Shown one piece after another: positions 55,041 through 64,000 of a stretch of 64,000 bases of DNA. Numbering within the stretch: position 1 is the first letter of the stretch; every line of letters begins with the position of its first letter. Source of the DNA: Alphaproteobacteria bacterium (GTDB taxonomy: Bacteria; Pseudomonadota; Alphaproteobacteria; Micavibrionales; Micavibrionaceae); contig JADLAT010000002.1 of assembly GCA_020848095.1 (NCBI GenBank), positions 21,293 through 85,292 on the forward strand. Reading direction: 5' to 3'. The notes under the pieces are model-generated. The model did no database searches. It worked only from the letters and a program-made list of their open reading frames with translations, and had not been told where the DNA came from. A program made the translations under genes and the position numbers.

Positions 55041-55937
55041 ATGATCCGCCCAACCCTGCGCCAGCTCGAATACCTCACCGCCATCGAGGATACCGGCTCC
55101 TTCAGCCTTGCCGCTGAACACTGCCACGTCACACAAAGCACGCTCAGCGCAGGAATAAAGGAACTTGAAACCACCCTCAACCAAAAAATGGTGGAGCGCG
55201 GCGGGCGGGGCCGCGGCGTAACCCTGACCCCGTTCGGCCAATACACCGCCGATTGCGCGCGCCTGATTTTCACCCAGACCGATAACATCCTTGCCCATTC
55301 ACGCGCTCTGGCCGCCCCCCTTAGCGGCCCGCTGCGTCTTGGGGTCATTCCCACGATCGCGCCCTATCTTTTGCCCGGCATCCTGCCGGTCTTACAAAAA
55401 AAATTCCCGGCCCTCGAACTTCAGCTTCACGAAGATCTGACAGACCGGCTTTTAGAAGCCCTGCGCCGGGCGCAGCTTGATGCCGTGCTCATGGCCTTCC
55501 CTTTTGATACGCCGGGCATGACCCGCAAACATCTGTTCCATGAAAATTTTCTGGTCGCCGCCCCCAAGGGGCATGCGCATACATCCCCCTATAAAACCGA
55601 GGATTTAAACGGTGAAAAACTACTTCTGCTGGAGGACGGCCATTGCCTGCGGGATCATGCGCTCTCCGCCTGTGGTATTCAGCGCCCGCGCCAGCGCAAA
55701 ACCTTCAGCGCCACCAGCCTGCCAACCATCATTCAGATGGTTAATCACGGTTTTGGCATAACATTACTGCCGGAAATGGCGGCAAAACACGGCTTTTTAC
55801 CAGACGGGCTAACGCTCATCCCCTTCAAATCCGCCGCACCGGGGCGGGAAATCGCGCTAACCTGGATGCAGGACCACGCAAAAGCCGAAGATTTTATGCT
55901 CCTGAGTGAAACCATCATACAGTTGCAAAATTTATAA
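55041..55937 (+). CDS. oxyR: LysR-family peroxide-sensing regulator OxyR
   Basis: The HTH, plus LLLLEDGHCLRDHALSAC, which matches the OxyR redox-Cys segment. Divergent from ahpCD. Confidence 0.9.
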   Translation: MIRPTLRQLEYLTAIEDTGSFSLAAEHCHVTQSTLSAGIKELETTLNQKMVERGGRGRGVTLTPFGQYTADCARLIFTQTDNILAHSRALAAPLSGPLRLGVIPTIAPYLLPGILPVLQKKFPALELQLHEDLTDRLLEALRRAQLDAVLMAFPFDTPGMTRKHLFHENFLVAAPKGHAHTSPYKTEDLNGEKLLLLEDGHCLRDHALSACGIQRPRQRKTFSATSLPTIIQMVNHGFGITLLPEMAAKHGFLPDGLTLIPFKSAAPGREIALTWMQDHAKAEDFMLLSETIIQLQNL

Positions 55938-55957
55938 AATCCCCTTATAAAACGGCC

Positions 55958-56857
55958 ATGAACTGGAAAGTCGCCGCCCTTTATAAATTCACGCCCATCG
56001 CCGATATCCCGGCCTTGCGCGCGGAAATCTATGCCTTTACGCAAGAGCATACGCCCAAAATATGCGGCACGCTCCTGCTCGCCCCCGAAGGGGTTAACGG
56101 CACGCTCGCCGTACCGGATTCACAAATGGAAACCCTCATCGCTTTTCTGGATAAAAAACTGGGCATCACAACGGGCGAATTAAAATACAGCCCGTCCAGC
56201 TGCCAACCCTTTAACCGCTTCAAAGTGCGTGAGAAAAAAGAAATCATCACCCTCAAGCGCCCGGAAGCCGACCCGACAAAACTGGTCGGACAATATGTCG
56301 AGCCGAAAGACTGGAATACCTTGATAAACGACCCCGATGTCATCCTCATCGACACCCGCAATGATTATGAAACAAAAGTCGGTATTTTCGAAGGGGCCAT
56401 CGACCCGAAAATGAAGGTCTTTACTGAGTTCCCGGATTGGGTTGAAGAAAATCTCGACCCGGCCAAAGACAAAAAAATCGCCATGTTCTGCACCGGCGGC
56501 ATTCGCTGTGAGAAAGCCAGCGCCTATATGCTCGCACACGGATTTGAAAATGTTTACCACCTCAAAGGCGGAATTTTGAAATATCTGGAAACCATTCCGG
56601 CGGAACAAAGCAAATGGCAGGGTGATTGCTTCGTATTTGATCAACGCGTTGCCGTTGGCCACGCACTCACAGAAAGCGGCTGGGCCGTTTGCCACGCCTG
56701 CCGGGAGCCTCTATCCACGCAGGATCTCGCACATCCCGCTTTTGAATCCGGCATCTCCTGCCCGCATTGCATTGAATCCCTGACCCCGCAGCGCGAAGAA
56801 TCCCTACGCGCGCGCCAAAAACACTACGCCGAGAAAAACAGCAAATCAGGCGCATAA
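55958..56857 (+). CDS. trhO: Rhodanese-domain protein TrhO/YceA (tRNA U34 hydroxylase family)
   Basis: UPF0176 N-domain and the rhodanese loop FCTGGIRCEKAS. Confidence 0.85.
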   Translation: MNWKVAALYKFTPIADIPALRAEIYAFTQEHTPKICGTLLLAPEGVNGTLAVPDSQMETLIAFLDKKLGITTGELKYSPSSCQPFNRFKVREKKEIITLKRPEADPTKLVGQYVEPKDWNTLINDPDVILIDTRNDYETKVGIFEGAIDPKMKVFTEFPDWVEENLDPAKDKKIAMFCTGGIRCEKASAYMLAHGFENVYHLKGGILKYLETIPAEQSKWQGDCFVFDQRVAVGHALTESGWAVCHACREPLSTQDLAHPAFESGISCPHCIESLTPQREESLRARQKHYAEKNSKSGA

Positions 56858-56899
56858 CGCACACGCACCGCCTCGTCTTTCTTTTTAAGAAGCTCACCC

Positions 56900-57406
56900 C
56901 TATTCTTCGGAAGATTTTTTCTTCTCTTCCTCTGCCGGAGCATTAAGGCTCCGAGGTGTGCGGTCACGATGGACGCGCTTTTCCCAGCCACCACCAATCA
57001 CCTGCGTCATGCGCTCGGCCATTTTACGGCGATCCTCCACATCTAATGTAGACGCAACCTCTTTGGTTGCTGCGATTTTGAGCGTCGTCATTTCTCCGCG
57101 CATGGTCGCCAGCTTTTGCGCAACCGCATCAAACGCCTCGGGATCAAAGGTTTCTGCCGATAAAATGACCACCATCTCGGCTCTGGCCTTACGGGCCTCA
57201 TCCCCCACGCTGCGAATATCTCTAAAGGCATTTTGAAAAATACGTGCCGCCTGATTTCTGGCCGTCGGCGAGAGCTCCTGACGCACATCCTGCCAGGGGT
57301 GATGCTTCCATTTTCTGTAGGCATGACCACCAAGCACGCCCAAAAGCAACATATTCAAAATCAGGGAAAATGTAAAAATAGCCCGTATACTGTTTCTCAT
57401 AACCAC
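56900..57406 (-). CDS. Periplasmic Spy/CpxP-like (heavy-metal-sensor type) protein
   Basis: Signal anchor plus a helical Lys/Arg/Glu-rich domain. Third gene of the ECF sigma/anti-sigma operon. Confidence 0.55.
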   Translation of the reverse strand: MVMRNSIRAIFTFSLILNMLLLGVLGGHAYRKWKHHPWQDVRQELSPTARNQAARIFQNAFRDIRSVGDEARKARAEMVVILSAETFDPEAFDAVAQKLATMRGEMTTLKIAATKEVASTLDVEDRRKMAERMTQVIGGGWEKRVHRDRTPRSLNAPAEEEKKKSSEE

Positions 57407-57774
57407 TCTCCAGCCACAAACCGATCATCAATCGTTAAAAACCCTGCGAGATCTTCAGGCATCAATTCAGGCATCAAAGCAGGAAACATACTGGAGGTAT
57501 CCATGAAAATCCCGGCGGATAACCCCAAAAGCAAAAACACGGCCAACGCAAAAACCGGGCGCGGAATGGCAAATAACCTGCCAAACTCCGCAAAAAAACC
57601 ACCCACAGCGCGGCGAAGCCCGCCGCCCGCCTGCGGATGCGTGGAAGCGGCCGCCACTATGGCGTGCGCAAGATGCACCGGAGCCTGCGGCACGTGCCGG
57701 TTTCTCAACGCCCGGTCCAGCATTTTTTCAATCTCATCATCCTGCATGGAAAATCTTTCGTCCATCATCATCAT
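57397..57774 (-). CDS. Putative anti-sigma factor (single TM)
   Basis: Small protein overlapping the 3' end of the ECF sigma gene, with one TM segment (VFALAVFLLLGLSAGIF). The start is uncertain. Confidence 0.55.
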   Translation of the reverse strand: MMMMDERFSMQDDEIEKMLDRALRNRHVPQAPVHLAHAIVAAASTHPQAGGGLRRAVGGFFAEFGRLFAIPRPVFALAVFLLLGLSAGIFMDTSSMFPALMPELMPEDLAGFLTIDDRFVAGEWL

Positions 57775-58342
57775 TGTTGTTTCCTAACAAATCGGATTTT
57801 TCCAGAGCCGTCCGCAAGGCGGCCTTGGCCCGCATCAATAGCGATTCCAGAGCCTTCACTCCAACACCCAGAACCTCTGCGGCCTCTTTATTACTCAAAC
57901 CTTCATAGAAACACAGATTAAGGGCAATTTTCTGGCGCTCCGGCAAGGCTTGGACGGCCTGCTCAATCACCTGCGCGCGCTCACGCTCAACCATCTGCAG
58001 ATCAATTGAAATCACCTTATCTGCAACCGTATCCAGCATCGCCGCATCCACAAATTTTTTCCTGCGGCGCATTTTGTCGATAGCCAGGTTAGTCACCACG
58101 CGATAAAACCACGTTGTGAACTTCGCGCCTTTAGCCGGATCAAAAGCGCCAGGCTTGGACCAGAGCTTCAAAAACGCCTCCTGCACAATATCCTCCGCTT
58201 CTTCCGTTTGGCCGCACATACGCCACGCCGCCGCAAAAAACAAATTTGCATGACGATGAACCAAAACGGCAAAAGCCCGCCGATCCCCGTTCAAAACGCG
58301 GCCCATCAGGTCTTCATCGATCTGATCTTCATATCCGGCCAT
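57737..58342 (-). CDS. ECF-type RNA polymerase sigma-70 factor
   Basis: Region 2 (AEDIVQEAFLKLW) and region 4 (LPERQKIALNLCFYEGLSNKEAAEVLGV). Confidence 0.9.
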   Translation of the reverse strand: MAGYEDQIDEDLMGRVLNGDRRAFAVLVHRHANLFFAAAWRMCGQTEEAEDIVQEAFLKLWSKPGAFDPAKGAKFTTWFYRVVTNLAIDKMRRRKKFVDAAMLDTVADKVISIDLQMVERERAQVIEQAVQALPERQKIALNLCFYEGLSNKEAAEVLGVGVKALESLLMRAKAALRTALEKSDLLGNNNDDDGRKIFHAG

Positions 58343-58412
58343 ACCGTTTTTTCAAGGCCCCTTCCCGCGCGGCCGCCGAAATACCGGCGACCGCATCAGA
58401 AAGCTTCACAAA

Positions 58413-58733
58413 TTATTCAGCCGCCGGAGCCGCCTCATCTGTTGTTACGGACTCATCATCCGCCCCATCAGACTTCATCTCTTCGTGCTTTTTGCGCATT
58501 TCTGCTTTTGCGGCCTCAGCTTCAGCCTTGGTAACTTTTCCATCACCATCGGCATCCATTTTTGTAAAACGCTCTTCATGCGCTTTTACAAACTCCTCCT
58601 TGGTCACAGCACCATCCGCATCGGCATCCATTTTTTCAAACATATTATGCCCGGAACGCTCATGATGCCCTGCCAGAGCCGGCATGGACGAAAATGCAAA
58701 CGCACACACACTCAGCATAAGTAATTTTTTCAT
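58413..58733 (-). CDS. Secreted EF-hand Ca-binding protein
   Basis: Signal peptide and two EF-hand loops, DADADGAVTKEEF and DADGDGKVTKAEA. Confidence 0.8.
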   Translation of the reverse strand: MKKLLMLSVCAFAFSSMPALAGHHERSGHNMFEKMDADADGAVTKEEFVKAHEERFTKMDADGDGKVTKAEAEAAKAEMRKKHEEMKSDGADDESVTTDEAAPAAE

Positions 58734-58822
58734 AGGTTTAATCCCTTCAGGTTAAAAAGTTTCAATAACTCTGATACGAGAGGAAATCATATTCCCTTCG
58801 CCATTCAACGCAAAACTTATAA

Positions 58823-59785
58823 TTAAAGCGCAGAAATGTCCAAAACGATCCTGTGACCGGATGTTTTATCAGGGTCAATTGCCGACTTCATCACCAGTTT
58901 TGCCGCTTTTCTCAACTCCACGACCAAACGGGACCCATCACCGGAGGGCTGCACCGTGTAACGCTTCAAAAGCGGATGCGCCGGGAATGTCTTTTCTGGA
59001 GCCGTGTTCCACTGCACACCGGGCAACTCCACCACAAGCAGCTTTTCACGCGAATCCAGATCGGCAGAGAATTTAGAGGCCGCACTCACATCCAGAACAA
59101 GACGCGTTTTGCCCGGATGCTCCCCGGTTCTAAACGCCTGAACCGCGACAGCGCCATGAGCCGGGGCCGGCGTTTTCTCCGCCATACTCTGCGGTTTTAC
59201 GGGCGCGGGCAACTCTGTGACCTTTGGGGCCTTCTGTGGCTCTTCCGGCGTAATAACCATGGGCGGCGGCGGAATATCCGATCTCATCTGGCTTTTAGGA
59301 GCGGCGGCAACAACCGGCATCTCAACCAGCGGCACATCAGGTGCAAAACTAAACTCATCTTCATTCTTTTCATTTTGAATCTCTGCGATCGCGGCTTTCA
59401 ACGCTTTTCCGGATTTTTTATCCTCTGCCAGAGGCGGAAGAATTTTATCAAAATCACCACGGAGCGTTTTCATCTGCCGCTCCAACCGTAACACCCGAAA
59501 ATGTATATCCTCATCAACATGCGGGGAATTAGCGGTCTGCGTATAGCTTGCACTGCTTTTTTGGGGATTAACCTGCCGCCGTGTCTGCATATGCTTTTGC
59601 TCCGGCGTCGGGCTTGCCTCTTCCTCGACCAGCTTCCATTCCCCTTCCGCATTCAACAAGGCCTCCGGGCTTCCCGGTTTTGCCGTCTGCGGAGAACAGG
59701 CCGAAACCATAAGCAAAGTCGCCAAGCCCAGACAAAGACCGCCGGTTAAACGAAAACCAGAGGGTAAGCGAATCAGTCCGAGCAT
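58823..59785 (-). CDS. Lipoprotein with a C-terminal AMIN-like domain
   Basis: Lipobox LMVSAC. C-terminus: VQAFRTGEHPGKTRLVLDVS...LVVELPGVQW...RLVVEL, resembling AMIN domains. Confidence 0.5.
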   Translation of the reverse strand: MLGLIRLPSGFRLTGGLCLGLATLLMVSACSPQTAKPGSPEALLNAEGEWKLVEEEASPTPEQKHMQTRRQVNPQKSSASYTQTANSPHVDEDIHFRVLRLERQMKTLRGDFDKILPPLAEDKKSGKALKAAIAEIQNEKNEDEFSFAPDVPLVEMPVVAAAPKSQMRSDIPPPPMVITPEEPQKAPKVTELPAPVKPQSMAEKTPAPAHGAVAVQAFRTGEHPGKTRLVLDVSAASKFSADLDSREKLLVVELPGVQWNTAPEKTFPAHPLLKRYTVQPSGDGSRLVVELRKAAKLVMKSAIDPDKTSGHRIVLDISAL

Positions 59786-60085
59786 AAAAACCTCACCTTT
59801 TTTAAAAAATCACAAAATCACGATATGCCATTTAAGACCGCAAGACCTTACGCGTCAACGCCGCCGCGATAGACAGACCGCCTTATCCACACGGGCTGCC
59901 CCTATTTAAAAAACAGGCCGCCAGCCCATTAACTAAATTTTAACTTTGGCGCTGTAAAACAAAAGGTAAGGAAAGACTAACAAAACGGACAAACGGCTCA
60001 AAACAAAAACAAAAATAATAAGAAAATTAAAAAAAACTTAGGTGTGTAATTAAAAAAATCGGCAAAAAGCCACTAATAAAAAAAC

Positions 60086-60700
60086 ATGAATATAGAGGGT
60101 GTAATAATGAATAAAGAGGAAACACGTCAAAATATGCTGGGCTGCCTTGAAATAGCGTTGTTTATGCCACGCGGCGCAGCCCGGTTTTCCTCTTCTGTTG
60201 AGGGGCTTAAAAAATCCTTTCTGCTCCCTGTTATTCTGCTTCCCTTGAGCATCGCGACCGTTCTGGCCGCCCATCCTGCGGCGGGAAATCTTAATGATGG
60301 TTCGGCACAGACTCTGGCCATTATTTATGCGGTGCGCCTGTTCATATCGCTGGGTCTGTTTCTGGGGCTTGTATATTTCATGGCCCGAAAAATGGACAAA
60401 ATGGAGGAGTTTTACCGCTTTGCCACCGCCAATAACTGGCTTGTCTTACCTGCTGCGGCTTTAATGCTTCCGCTTTCACTGTCTTTCATGGCTGGAAATT
60501 ACAGCTTTAGCGAGATCTATCCGCTCATGGTTTTCATCACGCTTTATTCCTATGCCTGCACCGCCTTCATGGCTGCGCATGCTCTGCGCATCCCGATGGA
60601 GCTTGCCTGCTTTGTCGCCATTGCCGGTATGGCCATCAACCAGACATCTCTGGATGTTCTGAAATTCGTAGCCTCCGGCACCTTGATGATGTTCTCATAG
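60086..60700 (+). CDS. Hypothetical polytopic membrane protein
   Basis: About five hydrophobic segments; no motif recognised. The start is uncertain. Confidence 0.5.
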   Translation: MNIEGVIMNKEETRQNMLGCLEIALFMPRGAARFSSSVEGLKKSFLLPVILLPLSIATVLAAHPAAGNLNDGSAQTLAIIYAVRLFISLGLFLGLVYFMARKMDKMEEFYRFATANNWLVLPAAALMLPLSLSFMAGNYSFSEIYPLMVFITLYSYACTAFMAAHALRIPMELACFVAIAGMAINQTSLDVLKFVASGTLMMFS

Positions 60701-60704
60701 GATA

Positions 60705-61805
60705 TCAGGCGCCAAGTGCGCAAAGCCGCCTTACGCGCGAAAGCAGGCCCGTATAATTTTCAATATTTTTTGAATAAGCCATATGAGCCAAAATACCGGC
60801 GATCCATAAACTTGAAAGCAAAAACAAAGGCACGCCCGCTGCCGTGCCCATAACCCCGATTCCGCCCATAATAAGAACGATCAAATGAATCAAGGCACTT
60901 GCCAGTCCCGGTGAAAACCCGGCCCGGATAAAATGATGGTGAAAATGGCCTAAATCCGGCCAGAAGGGATGATGCCCCTCACAGACCCGGCGATAAAACT
61001 GCGCACATTCATCCCATATCGGCACAGCCATAACCCAGGCCACCGCCATAGGCTCCAAAATCCGCTGCTCCGGCGATGAAAGGGCGATAGCATACCAGCC
61101 AAGCAGCAACCCGAGAGACATGCTCCCCGCATCCCCCATAAAAATCGAAGCTTTAGAGCGCCACGGCGTGCGCATGTTATAAAACAAAAAACCCGCAATC
61201 CCCGCCATCAAAATAGAAAGAGAATGCGCATACGCGCCGCCGGCACCGCTCATTATACAGGCCGCTAAAAACCAGCCCAGAATAATAAACACCACCCCGC
61301 CCGCCAGACCATCCAGCCCATCCATCAGATTAACAGCATTAATCAACAAAACCACGGCCACGATTGAAAACGGCAGGGAAGCCCAACCAAGCGCAAAAAC
61401 GCCAAAACCGAACAAATTCCCTAAATCATGAATTTGCGCCCCGCCCGGCATAACCACCAGAGCGGCGGCAATAAACTGCATTCCAAATTTTATAAAGGGG
61501 TGAAGGTGAATCTTGTCATCCATCGCCCCGGTCAGAAGCAAAAGCAATACAGCGCTGTATAACGGCCAGTTTTCTAAAAACCCCGCCCCGCCCACAACGG
61601 AAACAAGAATAAAAACCGGCAAAATCACCAGACCGCCGATTAACGGCACCGCGCCTTCATGGTTTTTTCGGGCGTCAGGCCGGTCCATAAGCCCCAGTGC
61701 GGGGGCCAGCGCCCTGAACACAGGCATAAGCGCCATCACCAGCAAAAAAGCCGGGCCAACCGTCCAAAACGCACTCAAGATAAAATCGTTCTTCATCGCC
61801 GGCAA
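60705..61805 (-). CDS. Glycosyltransferase family 4 (WecA/MraY-like undecaprenyl-phosphate sugar-phosphate transferase)
   Basis: GAMDDK and NLMDGLDGLAGG motifs in a polytopic membrane protein. Confidence 0.85.
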   Translation of the reverse strand: MPAMKNDFILSAFWTVGPAFLLVMALMPVFRALAPALGLMDRPDARKNHEGAVPLIGGLVILPVFILVSVVGGAGFLENWPLYSAVLLLLLTGAMDDKIHLHPFIKFGMQFIAAALVVMPGGAQIHDLGNLFGFGVFALGWASLPFSIVAVVLLINAVNLMDGLDGLAGGVVFIILGWFLAACIMSGAGGAYAHSLSILMAGIAGFLFYNMRTPWRSKASIFMGDAGSMSLGLLLGWYAIALSSPEQRILEPMAVAWVMAVPIWDECAQFYRRVCEGHHPFWPDLGHFHHHFIRAGFSPGLASALIHLIVLIMGGIGVMGTAAGVPLFLLSSLWIAGILAHMAYSKNIENYTGLLSRVRRLCALGA

Positions 61806-61855
61806 TCATACCCGCGATACCACTTTCTAACCAGAACGATTTTACGACTGATAAA

Positions 61856-62746
61856 CTAAAACAGCTCAGCCAGCATACAACGCGCCGAACCGCCACCATA
61901 CTGCTCCAGCGTAGAAAGGGGCGCACTCAGGATTTTTGTAAAATGGCGCTCAATCTGTTCAATTTGCGCCGCCGTCATGGAATCCAGCGCGCCTTCGGAA
62001 ATAGCCAGCATCTTCTCCCCCGCCGACCCGGCCACCTCAAGCGCATTCCCGCAAAATGTACGAAGCTGCGCCGCTGTAAATCTAACTACATCATGGGTTT
62101 CAGACAACGCGCCCACAATCCGCTCCCGGCCCGGCCCAACAATCACCGAATCACATATCCCGGCCAGACTTGAGCCAATCCACATCACGCAATCGGTGTG
62201 ATAAACGGGAATTTCTGCATGGCTGCGCGTCTCAAAAATTTCGATAGAATACCCCCGGTGCGCCGCCCATTGCCGCGCCAAAGCTTCATCCGTTCGTGCC
62301 GAAAGCGCGGCATAGGCACGCTTGTTAACATGATCCGATACAATGCTGGCCGTACTCTCCAGCGCTCTTCCATCTGCCTCAAACCCTGTCCAGTCCAGTG
62401 TTTTCGGGTAAAGCCCTTGTAGTATCTGTTTCAATTCCTCCGTCCGCTCGGCCTGACGGTTTTTATTATTCATGGGGCAAAATATGACCTCACCGCTATC
62501 ATGTGTAAAAAACCAGTTGGGAAACACCATATCCGGGGAACCGGCAATCCCGTGACCTTGCGTAATCCGAACGCCTGCCGCCTTCAAAACACCTTGAAAG
62601 GCCTCAAATTCAGCCAGCGCCTTTTGAAAAATTTGTGAATCCGGCTGCCCCGGCCCGGCCTGATACGCATTCGTATCTGCCGTCTCCGGATTGGCATAAA
62701 ATTCAACCGGTTTGATCATCAATAAATGGTTTGTAGATTGCCTCAT
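61856..62746 (-). CDS. Amidinotransferase-superfamily protein (arginine deiminase-related/CtlX-like)
   Basis: C-terminal GGGSARCMLAELF catalytic-Cys segment, typical of the guanidino-modifying superfamily. Confidence 0.7.
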   Translation of the reverse strand: MRQSTNHLLMIKPVEFYANPETADTNAYQAGPGQPDSQIFQKALAEFEAFQGVLKAAGVRITQGHGIAGSPDMVFPNWFFTHDSGEVIFCPMNNKNRQAERTEELKQILQGLYPKTLDWTGFEADGRALESTASIVSDHVNKRAYAALSARTDEALARQWAAHRGYSIEIFETRSHAEIPVYHTDCVMWIGSSLAGICDSVIVGPGRERIVGALSETHDVVRFTAAQLRTFCGNALEVAGSAGEKMLAISEGALDSMTAAQIEQIERHFTKILSAPLSTLEQYGGGSARCMLAELF

Positions 62747-62807
62747 ATGAAATTATACCCGGCCCGAGCTTAACAATTAACGAAGATTGTTTTTAAAGTA
62801 CGCAGCC

Positions 62808-63458
62808 TCAAATCATTTTCGACCCAAGGGCACTCTCAATATTTTTCATCTCATCCCGATCTTCCTGCCGGCGTAAAATCCGGCTGACGATGCGGCCAGT
62901 AACCGGAAAGTAATGAACACGCCGAACCTGTGCGCCGCCAGTATCATCGCTAAACACCCGAAGCCCCTTGCGCGCCAGATGCTCTCTCAGGAAAGTCGCA
63001 TTTTTAATGCCCGTATTGTCCTCCTCCCCGCTCAGCGTCGCACCGCCAGCCAGACGAATACGCATCCTGCCCCTGCCGGAGCCTCTTTCTTGCATCTGCG
63101 CCAGTGCCTCATCAATCGGTCGCAAAGCCTCCGCCAGCAATGCAGGATCAACACGGTCAAAATACGGAAAAACGCTCAAAGCTGCGGCAGGCAATAAAAC
63201 ATAGCTCAACGCGCCGACCTTAAGCTCCGGATCACTGATAGCGGCCAAAACCCCCGATCCAACCTGCGCCACCAGCATTTCATCCGGCGCGCCGGAATAG
63301 CGCGTCTCCCCCGGCCCAACCAACACAGGGTGCGCGCTAAATTGCGCGTTAAAATAATCCTCATAGTCTATAAGCTGACGGCGGTCCTGCCCGGCGAACG
63401 GACGGCCTTCAACAAACAAAGAGAGAGAGGAAGAAGAATCAAATTCAGAATCGCTCAT
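62808..63458 (-). CDS. CheD-like protein lacking the canonical catalytic Cys/His
   Basis: VGSGVLAAISDPELKVGALSYVLLP aligns with CheD LG(S/T)C(V/I)A...GG..H.(M/L)LP. The C-terminal DDTGGAQVRRVHYFPVTGRI aligns with CheD D.GG...R.v.f....G. Confidence 0.5.
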   Translation of the reverse strand: MSDSEFDSSSSLSLFVEGRPFAGQDRRQLIDYEDYFNAQFSAHPVLVGPGETRYSGAPDEMLVAQVGSGVLAAISDPELKVGALSYVLLPAAALSVFPYFDRVDPALLAEALRPIDEALAQMQERGSGRGRMRIRLAGGATLSGEEDNTGIKNATFLREHLARKGLRVFSDDTGGAQVRRVHYFPVTGRIVSRILRRQEDRDEMKNIESALGSKMI

Positions 63459-63487
63459 CGGACATTCACTCTATCTCATTCAAAAAA

Positions 63488-64000
63488 TCAGGCAACGCTC
63501 CGCGCATCAACGCCATCACCCACATAACAGACCAAAAAAGCCTCATAAGCCTGCGCCAAACCCTGCGCCAGCGGAATTTGCGGCTGCCATCCGGCCTCCC
63601 GAATACGCGCGCTGTTCATAACTTTACGCGCCGCGCCATCGGGCTTATCCGCATCAAACACAACACCACCCTCAAACCCCACCGCCTGCGCCACACTCTG
63701 CGCTAGCGCGCCAATACTGATTTCCTGAGCCGAACCAATATTCAACGGCCGCAAATCCGAATAATGGGCCAGCGAAAAAACCAAAGCATCGGCCAGATCA
63801 TCCACATGCAGAAACTCCCGCAAAGGCTGGCCGCTGCCCCATACGGTAAAATTCTGCGCCCGGCGCATTTTTGCCTCATGCGCTTTCATGATCAGGGCCG
63901 GAATTACATGCGAACGCGCCAGATCAAACCGGTCCCCCGGTCCGTATAAATTGCACGGCATCACTGAAATATAATCATGTCCGAATTGCGCGCGGTAAGT
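63488..64000 (-). CDS. fcl: GDP-L-fucose synthase, C-terminal part (5' end lies outside the window)
   Basis: The frame is open to the window edge. ...YISVMPCNLYGPGDRFDL..SHVIPALI......VWGSG.PLREFLHVDDLA is typical of Fcl. Confidence 0.85.
   Translation of the reverse strand, partial: TYRAQFGHDYISVMPCNLYGPGDRFDLARSHVIPALIMKAHEAKMRRAQNFTVWGSGQPLREFLHVDDLADALVFSLAHYSDLRPLNIGSAQEISIGALAQSVAQAVGFEGGVVFDADKPDGAARKVMNSARIREAGWQPQIPLAQGLAQAYEAFLVCYVGDGVDARSVA

Overview
The window looks like an alphaproteobacterial chromosome segment, based on cpdR, a cpaA-F/tadBC Flp-pilus locus, hisZ-purA and pal-cpoB-tilS-ftsH. It has four parts. (1) 1-10.3 kb holds the tail of an ABC1/UbiB kinase gene and a ~9.3 kb gene for a ~3,090-aa chimeric surface fibre. 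The fibre has a pseudopilin-like N-terminal domain, five to six large tandem modules with YadA-head/Hep_Hag-type repeats, a phage-tailspike-type S74 autocleaving chaperone domain and a C-terminal TM anchor. (2) 10.4-24.3 kb is a visibly AT-richer accessory region bracketed by tRNA-Arg(CCG) and tRNA-Val(GAC). It contains orphan secreted proteins, an IS3 remnant, a truncated P4-type integrase and att-like repeats. The most interesting item in the window is a translationally coupled operon here. A 1,865-aa class-3-lipase/RTX protein is preceded by stacked units of [signal-anchored partner gene + 5' lipase cassette], each cassette cut off just after the catalytic GHSLGGG motif. This reads as a mirror image (N-terminal rather than C-terminal) of polymorphic-toxin displacement arrays; the partner proteins have no family I recognise. 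(3) 24.4-39.6 kb holds cpdR, a complete Tad/Flp pilus locus (tadC, tadB, cpaF, E, D, C, B, A, flp, tadG, two tadE/F-like genes), and a membrane-anchored pseudokinase coupled to a small polytopic membrane protein. (4) 39.7-64 kb is housekeeping: purA, hisZ, glmM, ftsH, tilS, cpoB, pal, a rsmI/lpoA-like/yraN/BON cluster, tetR, ahpCD-oxyR, trhO, an ECF sigma module, wecA-like, a CheD-like protein lacking the catalytic residues, and fcl. No CRISPR array, rRNA or intact mobile element was seen. All calls come from reading the sequence and the supplied ORF translations; no database search was run.
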